Source of the DNA: Cladosporium halotolerans
Taxonomy: Eukaryota
Direction: 5' to 3'
Assembly (NCBI RefSeq): GCF_011745625.1
Contig: NW_027191463.1
Span: 605,265 to 625,264 of the forward strand
DNA length: 20,000 nt
In this document: piece after piece, positions 1 through 9,805 of the stretch
Numbering within the stretch: position 1 is the first letter of the stretch
How the letters are laid out: the number at the start of each line of letters is the position of its first letter
Notes under the pieces: generated by a model
Seen by the model: the letters and a program-made list of their open reading frames with translations, nothing else
Told to the model about the DNA's origin: nothing
Databases searched by the model: none
Position numbers and translations under genes: made by a program

Positions 1-138
1 ACCTGGACGAACGTCACCACGACCGCGCCGCAGCGCAACCACCGGAGACGCAGGGCTTGGCGCGCCGCTCTTTATCCAAGGTCGCGGACCTTCTTGATCT
101 TCCGCCCGAACACACCACTTACACTTACAGACAAACAG

Positions 139-241
139 GTAAGTTACGCACCTTGCATGCTCACTGAGACTATGCTTCTCTGCCGCGACATGCTGCAGTC
201 TCGAACAGGTCTATGTGCACACGAGCTAACCAGGCGCATAG
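139..241 (+). other. Probable 5'-UTR intron of the SUMO gene
   Basis: CAG|GTAAGT donor at 139, GCTAAC branch site at 225-230 and TAG acceptor at 239-241, all upstream of the SUMO ATG at 413. Confidence 0.6.
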
Positions 242-412
242 GCAAGAACCCGGTTTCAAGACAGCCTTTGGTCTCACCTGCACACGTCGCGCGCGCCTCT
301 TTCGCCAGCAAGCGAGCAATCCTTCACGAGCCTGAACACCAAATTTCTGCTCTTCCTTTTCTGTCGTGTACGAAACCGCAACTCCCTAACTCCCTCGTCA
401 AACCAAGTCACC

Positions 413-764
413 ATGTCCAACCAGCCTTCCCCGTCCCCCGGCAACCAGGAAGAGGCACCGCCTCAGTCTGAGCACTTGAACATCAAGGTCACCGACAACA
501 ACAACGAGGTCTTCTTCAAAATCAAGCGCACTACTCAACTCAAGAAGCTCATGGACGCCTTCTGCGACCGCCAGGGAAAGCAGTTCCACAGCGTGCGCTT
601 CCTCTTCGACGGCACTCGCGTGAACCCTACGGACAACCCTGAGATGGTGAGTCACACGCGCGCACACATTAGCTTCATGTGAATTAATGCTAACAATGGA
701 TTAGCTCGATATGCAAGACGGCGACACGCTTGAGGTGCACCAGGAACAGATCGGTGGATGCTGA
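413..764 (+). CDS. SMT3: SUMO (small ubiquitin-like modifier) precursor, 97 aa; exons 413-646 and 705-764
   Basis: EHLNIKVTDNNNEVFFKIKRTTQLKKLMDAFCDRQGK...VRFLFDGTRV is typical SUMO. Intron 647-704 has GTGAGT, GCTAAC and TTAG. Exon 2 gives LDMQDGDTLEVHQEQIGGC*, including the di-glycine motif. Confidence 0.97.
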
Positions 765-1382
765 AGCAATCCGAAGCCTTTCAGCCTGTTGGACTCCCAG
801 CAGTTGCACGATACTCACGAGAATGATTACGCGCACAAAAAGATGACTGGCTGCGCTTGCAGAAAGGAGGACAACTTTTTCGAGGTAGATGGCTCGGGAA
901 ACTCTCGAGCAGAGATGTGGATATGCCTTGATGACATGCCGGGACAGCTTCTGGTTCAAGTTTATGCTCAGTCTCCGGTTTGTACTCGAGCCTGCGGACC
1001 CTGGCACGCAAGGCGGATGGTGTGTTCTCGTATATGCTCCTATGGGCTTAGCTCTGGCGTCTCAAACGGTGTCTTTCCTGTCTGCAGTTTTTGCGGCGGC
1101 ACAAAAATAAACATATTTCCTTCCCCAGCACTCTTTCTGTTTTCCTGAATGCTACTCTCATGTGCTCTTCTAGGTACCGTCAGTCCCGAGTTTGAGGCTA
1201 TCGATGTATCACCAGAATGTCTCGCTAGGATCCTGCCGGTTCACATCTTGCGAACAGGTGCAAGTGTCGTGCTGACAACTTCTCTGGTATGCAGGAAATT
1301 TGCATTGGACGATGCCTGATACTTGACATCTACATCATCTGGCCCTTCTGCGCCTCTCATTGCATGAAAACACACCGCTCAT

Positions 1383-2767
1383 TCAAAGCCTCGCCGCGCC
1401 GTCCAGCTGCTTACTCTTTCGCTGGTAGTTCTTCACCAGCTGCCGAATCATGAGATCCAGCATAACGTCCTCGGAGCCACCACTGTACCGTCACATTAGC
1501 CTACGATCGTCAACATTCTCCAGCCTTTGCCGAGTGTCACTTACGGGATCCTGATTCCATTCACCTCCCGCCACATCCTCTCCGCAATCTCGCCCTGCCC
1601 CGTCCTCGTATACCCATTCCCGCCATGCAGCAGCACGCTACAATCCGCACACTCCTTCAGCACAATACCCGAATGCGCCTTCGCCGCCGCCGTCAACCCG
1701 CCCAGTTCGGCGTCCGCCTCCTCCTTCCGCATTTGCGTCATCTGGTACACGAATTGCTCGATCCACGCCCAGTGGCTCTCCAGCAGCGTCCCGCACTTCG
1801 CCAACCGGTGCCGCACCACCGGCTGCTCCATCAGCGTCTTGCCGAACGCCTCACGCTTCAGGCAGTACTCGAACGCCGCTGCCAGCGCCACGCGCGACTG
1901 CCGGCACGTCCCGATCGCGATCGTCAGCCGCTCGTGATTGAAGTTCGTCATGATGTACCGCATCCCCTGCCCTTCGACGCCAACCAGGTTCTCGGCCGGC
2001 ACTTCGACGTCGTCGAGCTCGATGAACGTCGTTCCGGCGCTGATTTGGCCGGAGACTTTCAGCCGCCGCATTGATACGCCTGGGTGGCCTTTGAGCGGCA
2101 CCATGAGCAGTGAGAGGCCGGTTGGCCCGGGCCCGCCGGTGCGGACGGCCATGCAGGCGTTGTCGGACCAGATGCCGTTCGTGATCCATTTCTTCGTGCC
2201 GTTGACGATGTACTTCGAGCCGTCTTTGGATTTGACCGCCGTCGTTTTGATGTTGGCCACGTCGCTGCCGGCGTCGGGCTCCGTGATGGCGATGCACGTC
2301 CTCTTCCGGCCCCAGAAGAGATCGGGCAGGAAGCGGTCTTGCAGTTGCTTGTTGCCGAACTTGATTATGGGCGGGACTCCAAAAGCCATGCCTGTCGTCA
2401 TGCTGGCTGGCGGGCCCGCGAGGCCGGACCGGTGCATTTCGTCGATGTAGATCATTGTGTGGAAGTAGGTGAAGTCTTCGACTTTGACGACGCCCAGAAT
2501 GTCGTGGATGCCGTTTGCTTTGAGTTGTTGGACGGGGAGGGGTGAGGGGAGGGTTGGGATGAGCATGTTGTGTTTTGCGAAGGTCTGGAAGAGGTGTTCC
2601 GGGACGGTTTCCTCGCGCTCCCAGTCGAAGGCGTGGGGTGTCAGGTGCTCTGAGACGAAGGCCCGGCATGCTTGCTGCCATTTCTTGTGTTCTGCGGTGT
2701 AGTATGGCGATGGCAGGCCATTGAGCCAGGGTGGCTCGCTGAAGGGAATGGATGGAGCTTCTGGCAT
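1383..2767 (-). CDS. Acyl-CoA dehydrogenase, predicted peroxisomal; exons 2767-1545 and 1482-1383
   Basis: ACAD motifs CIAITEPDAGSD, NGTKKWITNG, FNHERL and HGGNGY. Intron 1544-1483 (GTAAGT, GCTAAT, CAG) restores IPGGSEDVMLDL. The spliced protein ends -ARL, a PTS1 signal. Confidence 0.95.
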
Positions 2768-2907
2768 GTTGGGCTATGTGAGAGATTGAAGGAATGCAGA
2801 CGTAATTTACAAATCAGTTGATTCTATACACGAATATTCAAAGACGAGCCATCTGATAGCCCTTTCATGGGAGTGAGGCTGCTCCACGGGTACCTCGTGA
2901 CAATGTT

Positions 2908-2927
2908 GCGGGGGGACTGAGCCGAGG
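2908..2927. promoter_or_regulatory. Possible CreA site (GCGGGG, SYGGRG) next to a FarA/FarB-type site (CCGAGG) upstream of the acyl-CoA dehydrogenase
   Basis: GCGGGG at 2908-2913 and CCGAGG at 2922-2927, about 140-160 bp upstream of the ATG of a fatty-acid catabolic gene. Both are short motifs and could occur by chance. Confidence 0.35.
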
Positions 2928-3214
2928 CACACAAGAGGTCGTGCAAGCGGTGGAGCCAGGGCCAGGGCTGTTTACCGAGTTTATCGACCAAGGTACCCTG
3001 AGCGGCAGCCGGGAGATCTTCAGCAATGTTTGAGTGAAGATCAGTAGGAGAGTTTTGTTGATCAATAAATGCTCATAAATCAATTTTACTGCTGGTGTAA
3101 GACCAGTGAAGGGTGCGACGCTATAAACGCTTTGGTCCGTTCGCCAGGTATCTCAGTCTGTACAGTCATTATATCCCATCTCTACGCGTCATCCACCTCG
3201 TGTTCCATCAAGGT

Positions 3215-3894
3215 TTATAGGGGAATCTGTTCCAATAGCCGAAGGACTGCGCGCGCAAGGAATGGCTAGCATTGAAGTCAGCTTTGTTTTCGCAAATGGT
3301 ACATCGATCCGCATCTCAACTTACCGGCTGTGCTCCTCTCGCTCCAGCGCCAGGCGTAGCCACAGTCTGACCTCCGTCGAGAACAAAGCCACCACTTGTC
3401 TGCAGGTTGTCGTCGCCGCTGCCTGTAGCAGCTGTGCCCGTCGTGCTCGCGCTGACCAAGAGTCCCGAGCTCGCGCCTGAGGACGTCGCAGCCGCAAATC
3501 CGCCATCACTGCCCGTCGATCCAGCTGTGGCCGCGCCTCCAATCGTGCCTGTGCAAGCAGCACCTTGCGGGCAGCAAGCGACGTGTCCCGCCATGTCCGC
3601 ACTGCATCTTGCGCTCGGCGAGCAGCAGAGGTCTGGAGCCCCGATGTTCCCGCAGCTGTTGTAACCTGATGGGCAGGTGTCGCTGTCTTGTCGGCGGAAA
3701 ATGTTTTCAGGGTTCTGTTGTGGCTCGGGCAGGTATGCTTGGTTTTGCTCCGGTGAGATCTCGTGGCCTGGGGTTGGTGGTATGTAGTCGGCTATCGAGA
3801 TTGGGAGGGCGGCGAAGAAGGGTTGGAGGTTGGGGAGCTGGAGGGCAGAAGCCAACACTGCCGAAAAGGCGATGAGGTGTATCGGTTGGCGCAT
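3215..3894 (-). CDS. Secreted/cell-surface protein with an 8-cysteine domain and a Gly/Ser/Thr/Ala-rich tail; exons 3894-3325 and 3265-3215
   Basis: Signal-peptide-like MRQPIHLIAFSAVLASA, a dibasic RR site before QDSDTC, and the pattern C-x6-C-x8-CC-x5-C-x9-CC-x5-C. Intron 3324-3266 has GTAAGT, GCTGAC and CTAG. Exon 2 reads PFLARAVLRLLEQIPL*. Confidence 0.8.
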
Positions 3895-4844
3895 GTTGGT
3901 CCGCGAGGATGTTGTCCAATCTCGGGGAGATGTTCGCTCGTCGGATCTTTCGCGGCAAGACCGAAGTGTGAGCCCGGTTGGGCTGCAGTCGATGTGAGCC
4001 CTGATAGTCCGATCGATGATGCTGTGCGACCCAAGCACTGCCAGCGTGTAGGAATTCACCAGATAAGTTATGTACAAAGAGCTTGTAAGAAGGGACAGCG
4101 CACAAGGTCCAAATCTGTTCAGAGCACGCAGCCCAAGGTGCGAGCTGGTGGCAGGGTATGAGCTCACACTGCGGAGAGCCGTTGCCAAATTCGGCATTGT
4201 GTTGTCGCGCCAGTCGCGCGCGTTTGGCAGAGCAACGGCCAACTTTAACCCTTGAATTGACCGCAACCATACCCTTGCTCCTGTCAAAGGACGACGTCGT
4301 CACTGCACGCAGTTCTCAGGCATCATGGTTGTATGACCGGGCACTTTTATTATCATTCGCTTTCGACCAAGCATGCTCGGTCAAATATTGTCTATCAAAG
4401 CCATCAGCGACTGCCTCACCAGACCGCTCGTCAATGGACAACCGGTTGATCGTCATACGCGCCTTCTCTGGCCCCCGCCCTGATGGGAACAAAGATTTCG
4501 TGCGGTCAAGAAATGTAATCGTGACTTGCAGACGCGCTTTTGGCCTGTCGGTTTCTGATGAAGAAAGCGCTTGCCTGGATCTACCTACTCTGAGCATACC
4601 TTCCGAGCTCACGCTCACCTGCGCCTTCTCACGCAGATCTCGGTATACCATGTAAGATCAAGTAGGTACGCACCGCAATGCGATGCCTTCCAACGCTCGC
4701 TGGACTCATGTTTTGTTTCCCAACTCTTCTCCGCCGCCTCCTCTCCATCATCACGCCACTACCAAAGACATCCCTCAGTTGTCTACCACAGAGAGCAAAC
4801 TTCCCAAGAATCTCACATCAGCTGTTGCAATAGGAAGAGCGGAT

Positions 4845-6119
4845 ATGCTGCTGCTCCCGCTCCTCCTTGCGGCGAAAGCCCTAGCTCAAGGGACCACCCA
4901 TACCATCACCATCCTGGACGATGAACCCGATCAACGCACGTTGAATACTGTCACCTCTACTGGTCCCGGGGATGTCTTCACTACCTTTACCCTCAAGCCC
5001 TCTGGGGTTGATGAAAACAGCCAGACGAGATGGGTCGAGCATACCGGCCGCACCGCCAAAACCACAGTGACAAGCGAGCTCTCCATTCCGCCAGGGACTT
5101 CGACGTCGACCAAACCTTCAGGCACAGCGACTCAATCACTCTCGTGGGTCGCAGGTCCTCACCTGGAAGTAGTCACTTTTGTTGATCCGGACGGCAAGAG
5201 TCGTACCGTCACTCGGGCGGATCTTCAGAGCACGCATGTCACTCTCTCGCCTTCGACCAAGTCCGACGGAACCACTGTCCTTGTGCCTCAGTCTTCAACG
5301 GCGCCGGATGATACTGAGATTTTCACTGTCACCAGGGTCCACACCTCTGGGGAGGATGGTGTTGTCGGTGTGTCCACTGCCAGCAAATTCCACACATCTG
5401 CCGCAGATGGTGCGGGTATTCTGACTGTCACCAAGTTCCACACGTCGCAGCAACAGAAGGCTGCTGTCGAATCTGCGGCTGGAGGCGCCAAATCCAAATC
5501 AAAGTCGAAATCGAAACCGAAACCAAAACACAAACCCAAAGGCAACTTCTTCGCATACCTGCAAGCACTGCGGGTTCAGCGTCAACGAAGTTTCATCTTC
5601 CTGCTGCTTGCCATAGCCACTGCCACACTCGTCTTGCTAGTATTGTTTTTCTGCTGCTGCGCCTGGATGTTCCGCAAACGCCAGAAAAAGACCCGCGATC
5701 GCAACGGTAAAGAGGTGGCTGAGGTCACTGATGCGGCTGGCAACGTTGTGACAACAACGGCAGGATCTGGCGGAGGAGCTGGCGGAGCGGGCAGTGGTTC
5801 CAACGTCGTCACCTCATCCGGCGGAGGGAGTGGAGCAGGAGGTTCCGGCACCGCGACCCAAGTCGTCCCCGTCACGGACTCATCAGGCACTGCCACTACA
5901 GCCACCGGTACCGAAGCCAGCCGCGCCGGCACCATGCGCCGCGCCGCTGAAGAAGGCCGCGCTCCCCAGCGTGTCCGCTTCGGCGAGCAACCTAACGAGA
6001 CCGTCACGACGACCACGACGCAAGTCGACGGCAGCACCGAGATGCGCACTGGCAGCGAGATCTTCGACGTCGGCTCCATGCGCGGCCGCAAGCGCAACCG
6101 CGGCGATGAGCCCCTCTAG
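4845..6119 (+). CDS. Mucin-like type I membrane protein (signal peptide, Thr/Ser-rich ectodomain, single TM helix, low-complexity cytoplasmic tail)
   Basis: A start at the in-frame ATG 4845 gives the signal peptide MLLLPLLLAAKALA-Q. It is followed by a Thr/Ser-rich region, the TM segment FIFLLLAIATATLVLLVLFFCCCAWMF, a basic stop-transfer RKRQKK and a Gly/Ser/Thr tail. The upstream ATG at 4683 is less likely. Confidence 0.75.
   Translation: MLLLPLLLAAKALAQGTTHTITILDDEPDQRTLNTVTSTGPGDVFTTFTLKPSGVDENSQTRWVEHTGRTAKTTVTSELSIPPGTSTSTKPSGTATQSLSWVAGPHLEVVTFVDPDGKSRTVTRADLQSTHVTLSPSTKSDGTTVLVPQSSTAPDDTEIFTVTRVHTSGEDGVVGVSTASKFHTSAADGAGILTVTKFHTSQQQKAAVESAAGGAKSKSKSKSKPKPKHKPKGNFFAYLQALRVQRQRSFIFLLLAIATATLVLLVLFFCCCAWMFRKRQKKTRDRNGKEVAEVTDAAGNVVTTTAGSGGGAGGAGSGSNVVTSSGGGSGAGGSGTATQVVPVTDSSGTATTATGTEASRAGTMRRAAEEGRAPQRVRFGEQPNETVTTTTTQVDGSTEMRTGSEIFDVGSMRGRKRNRGDEPL
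5490..5540 (+). repeat. Degenerate 6-bp tandem repeat encoding the KS/KP dipeptide run (KSKSKSKSKPKPKHKPK)
   Basis: aaatcc aaatca aagtcg aaatcg aaaccg aaacca aaacac aaaccc aaa, read directly from the sequence. Confidence 0.8.
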
Positions 6120-6540
6120 GCGCCCGACTCGTCCACGCAGGACGATGATCGGGGCAGGCTGGCCAGGTGGGGGCTGTTTCCTGGCAAGTCCAGGTTTGTC
6201 AGGGGTCACTGAAGTGCCAGAGTCATATGGATCAGCCTTTCGACTTTACGTCTCGCCCCTAATGATGTTCGTCTTTTGTTCTGGTGTTTGTGTTCGAAAT
6301 ATTAATTGGACTGACCCGATTCGCTCTTTTGGCTTTTTGATTTCACGTTACGCACGACAATGAGCTGGGCATGGTTAGCGCAGGTTTTGGATAGAAGACA
6401 GATCCATGAATGCAAATAATGTGTATTGCGATGCTGCACAGTCCATTTCCGTCGATCAACACGTCACCCTGCGAAAGTATCTGTTGATCCTAGCACGGGA
6501 CGTTTGAAATTTGGACCTACACATTCATTGCACCAGGTGG

Positions 6541-6723
6541 TGTCACAGTCTGGCCAGATATATCTGAGCAACTAATAACAACTTATTAGACATCCTCAAG
6601 CATTGTATTGAGCTGCAAAACCACCCTTGCCAGCCTCGGCGGTCCGGGCTTCAGGTTTTTTTTGGCAGCCTTGCCTGCCCGAACCAAGCCCCCCGCCACC
6701 CAAGTGCCATCGGGCTTGTGATA
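6541..6723 (-). mobile_element. Putative solo LTR (~183 bp) of an LTR retrotransposon
   Basis: The ends TGTCACA (6541) and TGTGATA (6717-6723) are inverted repeats with one mismatch, a CpA>TpA change of the RIP type. The minus strand ends ...CAATACAA...CTGGCCAGACTGTGACA, an LTR-like terminus. The element is non-coding and the flanks show no target-site duplication. Confidence 0.5.
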
Positions 6724-6746
6724 TCCAAACTCACAGCCGCAAAGAT

Positions 6747-7790
6747 TCACAACTCGGCCTCCTTCGTGTCCGTCGAAAAGTCGGTACTACATGACAAATC
6801 TTTGAAGTCGTCTAGAGACTTGAGCATAGCTCGGCATTTTGCTTGCACGGTCTTGAAGCAATCCGATCCAAGAAAGATCCGGAATGGAATGTCAGACCTG
6901 TGTTTGAAGTGACCCTCACGTCTTGCTAAATCCGCGATACATTCGGCGGCCAAATGCGGATCGCCAGGCTGCTTTCCATCCGCGTTCTTTAGCCTGTCGC
7001 TGTACGCGTTGATGATAGAGGCGTACTCGGACGACACATTGGCGCTGTCGAGCTTGCGTCGGTCCGCACTTAGCACGCCAGTCCTGAACATGCCCATGAC
7101 AATGAGATGTGTCTCTATGTTGAATTGGCTGATTTCGAGTTGGAGGCACTCCGCCGCTCCTATCAACTGGTTAGTGACAGGAGCCTACTGATGACTTGAG
7201 AGAGGTCTCTGCGTGCACACCAATCATACCTTCCAGGGCAAACTTCGAGGCACTGTAAGGCCCACCGGCAGCCACACCGGCCCAGCCGGCGACACTGCTG
7301 ATGAAAATAACCTTACCACTACCTTGTTGCCTCATGAATGGTAGCACTGATCGCGTAAGTCTCAACGGGCCAAGGACGTTTGTCTCGAGTTGATGGCAGA
7401 CATCCTCATGGCTAGAAAGCTCCGTTAGCTGACGTCGGACGTGTAAGCGAATGTTGGAATGAACAGTAAGCAGTGGAAAACGTACCCGACCTGCTCCCAC
7501 ACGCCGGATTGCACGTAGCCGGCATTATTGACCAGAACGTCTATCCGGCCGAAATGCGAAATAGCTTCCGATGCCTTCTCATCTAGATCTGCTTGCGACG
7601 CCGCGACATCTAGTGCCAGAGCCCTGCAGTTGTCGCTCTGTATCAAGGTATTATCAGGCGACTCCAACTTTCGCGCTGTGACAACCACTCTGTCCCCACG
7701 AGCCAGTGCCGCTTTGGCCAAGAGTAGGCCGAGGCCCGATGAGCACCCAGTCACGAGCCAGACTCTCGAGGTAATGCTTGTATCGACCAT
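6747..7790 (-). CDS. Classical short-chain dehydrogenase/reductase; exons 7790-7486, 7411-7230, 7159-6747
   Basis: WLVTGCSSGLG (TGxxxGxG), DVLVNNAG, ISS and catalytic YSASK. Introns 7485-7412 (GTACGT, GCTAAC, TAG) and 7229-7160 (GTATGA, ACTAAC, TAG) join three ORF-track fragments in frame. Confidence 0.92.
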
Positions 7791-8382
7791 GGTCCTTTGC
7801 TTTTTCTTTTGAGTGAGATTTTCCTGTATTGGCCCTACAAACAATTATGAACAATTTGTTCAGTAATGAGGCAGGCGTCATCTGGATGCTTCGTTGTGAT
7901 ACTGATTCATGTGCTTTCAAATGACACTTAGTCATGTTCAAGGGCTCGGTGCCAAGGGCAGCTGAACCCACTTCTTCGGGAGGCCACTTCGCAACAAATC
8001 CGATGGGCTGATCAATTAATGATCACAACAGCTCTACGGATGGTCAAAACATTGAGGGCAGGTGTCATGAGATCAGATAGAAATTACAGAACTGCTTGGC
8101 TGGGCTACTTTCGAAGAAGGACATGTACGAAGGTGCGAACATGACCAAGCATACAAAGTTGTCGCGATTAACGACAAAGTGCAGCATTCCAACTGTGGCG
8201 TTTCATGACTCGATCTTCATACGATGGAAGCGGCGAACTTGAAATGCATGAGCCAACCCTAATCAACGCGATTCTTGCAGTGATCTCGGCACAATTCATT
8301 GCATAATCATCGATTGTCTCATTCGCTACGTGAGCCTAGGACCAAAGTGAGCACAACGACTTCCTGAACATTCAGGACTTAG

Positions 8383-9483
8383 TTAAGCCCGTGCTGTTAT
8401 CTTAAGGTATTCTCTACTGAAGGGATAATCTACGTATCCAATTGGATCCTTTGGCGTGTAGAAAGTCGACCGGTCGTAATCATTGAGCGGCAAACCTTCA
8501 GAAATACGAAACGGGAGGTCTGGATTCGCCAGGAAAGACCGCCCGAACGCAAAGGCGACGGAAGAATTCCCATAGCTTCTTGATCGGTCTTGTGCGCTCT
8601 TTGGCGTGAAGCCGCCCGCTAAAATGACTGTTCCGTGGGTTGTCCACACGTTCACCAGTAGATCTGTCTGATCTGAAGAGGCCTCAATCGTTTGGGAGCC
8701 GGAGACGCGAGGTTCGACGACGTGAAGATATGCCAGTCCCAAGGGTTTCAGCTTATCAGCTAGATCCAGGAATTGCGGCAACGGATCGTTCATCCTCATT
8801 CCTTGGAAGGGGCTCCATGGACTCACTCGATAGCCAACCCTCTGCGGGCCAACTGCGGCAGCGACTGCAGCGGCCACTTCTGCTCCGAAACGGGATCTGT
8901 TACCAACACTGCCGCCCCAACCATCGTTTCGGCGATTACATGTGTCCTGGAGAAATTGATCGGGAAGATATCCATTAGCCCCGTGAACTTCGACACCATC
9001 GAATCCGGCCTCTATCGCGTTCTTCGCAGCCATGGCGTAATCCTCGATGAACGCACGGATGCCCTTTTCAGTCAGCGGAAGAGGCACTGGCGAGTCAGGC
9101 AATGGAACATCTGAGCTGGACACCAAGCCATGCCCGCTGGCTTCCAGAACCTTCGCATCAGCAGCGCGACCAAGCGCCCACAGCTGGCAGAAGATATAAC
9201 AGCCCTTGGCATGCACGGCTTCGGTTACATTGCGCCATGATTTGATCTGCTCATCGGTATAAATGCCAGGGACGTTCAGCCTGCCTCCCGCTCGGTGCGA
9301 GATGAAGGTCCCTTCGGTGATCAGCAGCGTGCCAGGGACAGAAGCTCTTTGCGAATAGTATTCGGTAACAATGTCGAGGGGTACGCCATTGTCGTCTGCT
9401 CGGACCCTAGTTAGGGGCGCGAGAACAATTCTGTGCTTGAGATCGATGCCGCCGATGCTGATAGGGTCGAACAAGGATGACAT
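8383..9483 (-). CDS. Old Yellow Enzyme family NADH:flavin oxidoreductase (ene-reductase), 366 aa, intronless
   Basis: LAPLTRVRA, YYSQRA, CQLWALGR, AGFDGVEVHGANGYL (His/Asn/Tyr active site), FGRSFLANPDL and C-terminal TFY...GYVDYP. Confidence 0.95.
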   Translation of the reverse strand: MSSLFDPISIGGIDLKHRIVLAPLTRVRADDNGVPLDIVTEYYSQRASVPGTLLITEGTFISHRAGGRLNVPGIYTDEQIKSWRNVTEAVHAKGCYIFCQLWALGRAADAKVLEASGHGLVSSSDVPLPDSPVPLPLTEKGIRAFIEDYAMAAKNAIEAGFDGVEVHGANGYLPDQFLQDTCNRRNDGWGGSVGNRSRFGAEVAAAVAAAVGPQRVGYRVSPWSPFQGMRMNDPLPQFLDLADKLKPLGLAYLHVVEPRVSGSQTIEASSDQTDLLVNVWTTHGTVILAGGFTPKSAQDRSRSYGNSSVAFAFGRSFLANPDLPFRISEGLPLNDYDRSTFYTPKDPIGYVDYPFSREYLKITARA

Positions 9484-9805
9484 TGCGCGATGAATTTGTT
9501 GGCGCTACAATGGTAAAGTTGTATGAATGATCGTCGGAGTGCAATGATCAACAGGTCAAGATGGTCCACGTCTCACAGCCAACAGCACCTGAGAGAGCTC
9601 TTATAGTCGTCTCGTCACTACCGTGTTTGTAATCAGATCTGATCGCCGCGCCCAGATCCCGTCGGCACCATGAATCATGTGCGGTTGGATACAAGGAGAG
9701 GGATTCCAATTTTACATCCTATACGGACGCCTGAGCAGCAGCGCTTACCAATGTCCCAATGAGTCATGTTACGTTGGCACTCCCTTTCACGGAATTGCAG
9801 GCCCC

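Noticed and set aside
789..1148. 119-aa ORF downstream of SUMO
   Set aside because: It has a TTG start and no recognisable motif, and lies in the probable 3'-UTR/terminator region between convergent genes.
1527..2702. Several long ORFs overlapping the acyl-CoA dehydrogenase
   Set aside because: These are antisense or alternate-frame shadows expected in GC-rich, codon-biased genes.
3540..3680. Hydrophobin call for the 8-Cys secreted protein
   Set aside because: The order is C-C-CC-C-CC-C, not the hydrophobin order C-CC-C-C-CC-C.
3895..4287. N-terminal extension of the 323-aa ORF 3316..4287
   Set aside because: It starts at a non-ATG codon and has no protein-like features. The signal peptide begins at ATG 3894.
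6300..6750. Defined Starship boundary
   Set aside because: No tyrosine-recombinase captain or identifiable direct repeat is present in the window, so a boundary cannot be supported from this sequence alone.
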